A stretch of 63,960 bases of DNA, counting the filler, from Phoronis australis (lineage: Eukaryota; Animalia; Phoronida): assembly GCA_002633005.1 (NCBI GenBank). It is 9 parts of 9 records of this genome, joined end to end, with 100 filler letters (N's around TTAATTAATTAA, not from the genome) between each part and the next. Parts side by side here need not be neighbours in the genome. Positions count along the whole stretch, not along the records: positions 61,938 to 63,960 come from NMRA01001398.1; 8 more parts are not named here. The stretch is one strand, 5' to 3'. This document shows positions 63,906-63,960 of this stretch, piece after piece. The first letter of the stretch is position 1, and every line of letters starts with the position of its first letter. The notes beneath the pieces are model-generated. The model saw nothing but the letters and a program-made list of their open reading frames with translations, was not told where the DNA came from and did not search any database. A program made the translations under genes and the position numbers.

Positions 63906-63960
63906 AACAACATGTGTGTTCATCCAGAGATTTTTCTCGTGTTGTGGGGTACGATGTAGC

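Overview
This is AT-rich, intron-containing animal genomic DNA, probably from an invertebrate (species not determinable). It is not one locus: eight identical 100-nt linkers (44 N + TTAATTAATTAA + 44 N) join nine contigs, so neighbourhood across linkers means nothing. Host genes recovered by exon stitching: nine phase-consistent internal exons of EFL1 (35197-41344, +); two exons of TADA2A (50031-50358, +); the last exon of a Schlafen/AlbA_2-domain gene retaining the ExxxxExK...D nuclease residues (33059-33641, -); a 5-exon unknown S/P/T-rich protein (27279-24674, -); a 4-exon unknown protein with a furin-like RQRR site (45904-44139, -); beta-propeller-like terminal exons (53395-52666, -); and a small signal-peptide/KR/4-Cys precursor behind a TATA box (61123-61740, +). 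The rest is mostly decayed transposons (ISL2EU/Harbinger-type, Kolobok, Academ-like, Gypsy gag, MITEs, a Helentron-like repeat) and minisatellites. No rRNA, tRNA or CRISPR array was found. The best leads are the Schlafen nuclease, the secreted Cys peptide precursor and the furin-site protein. All family assignments are motif recognition by eye, not database results, and I see no evidence for a linked multi-gene novel system.
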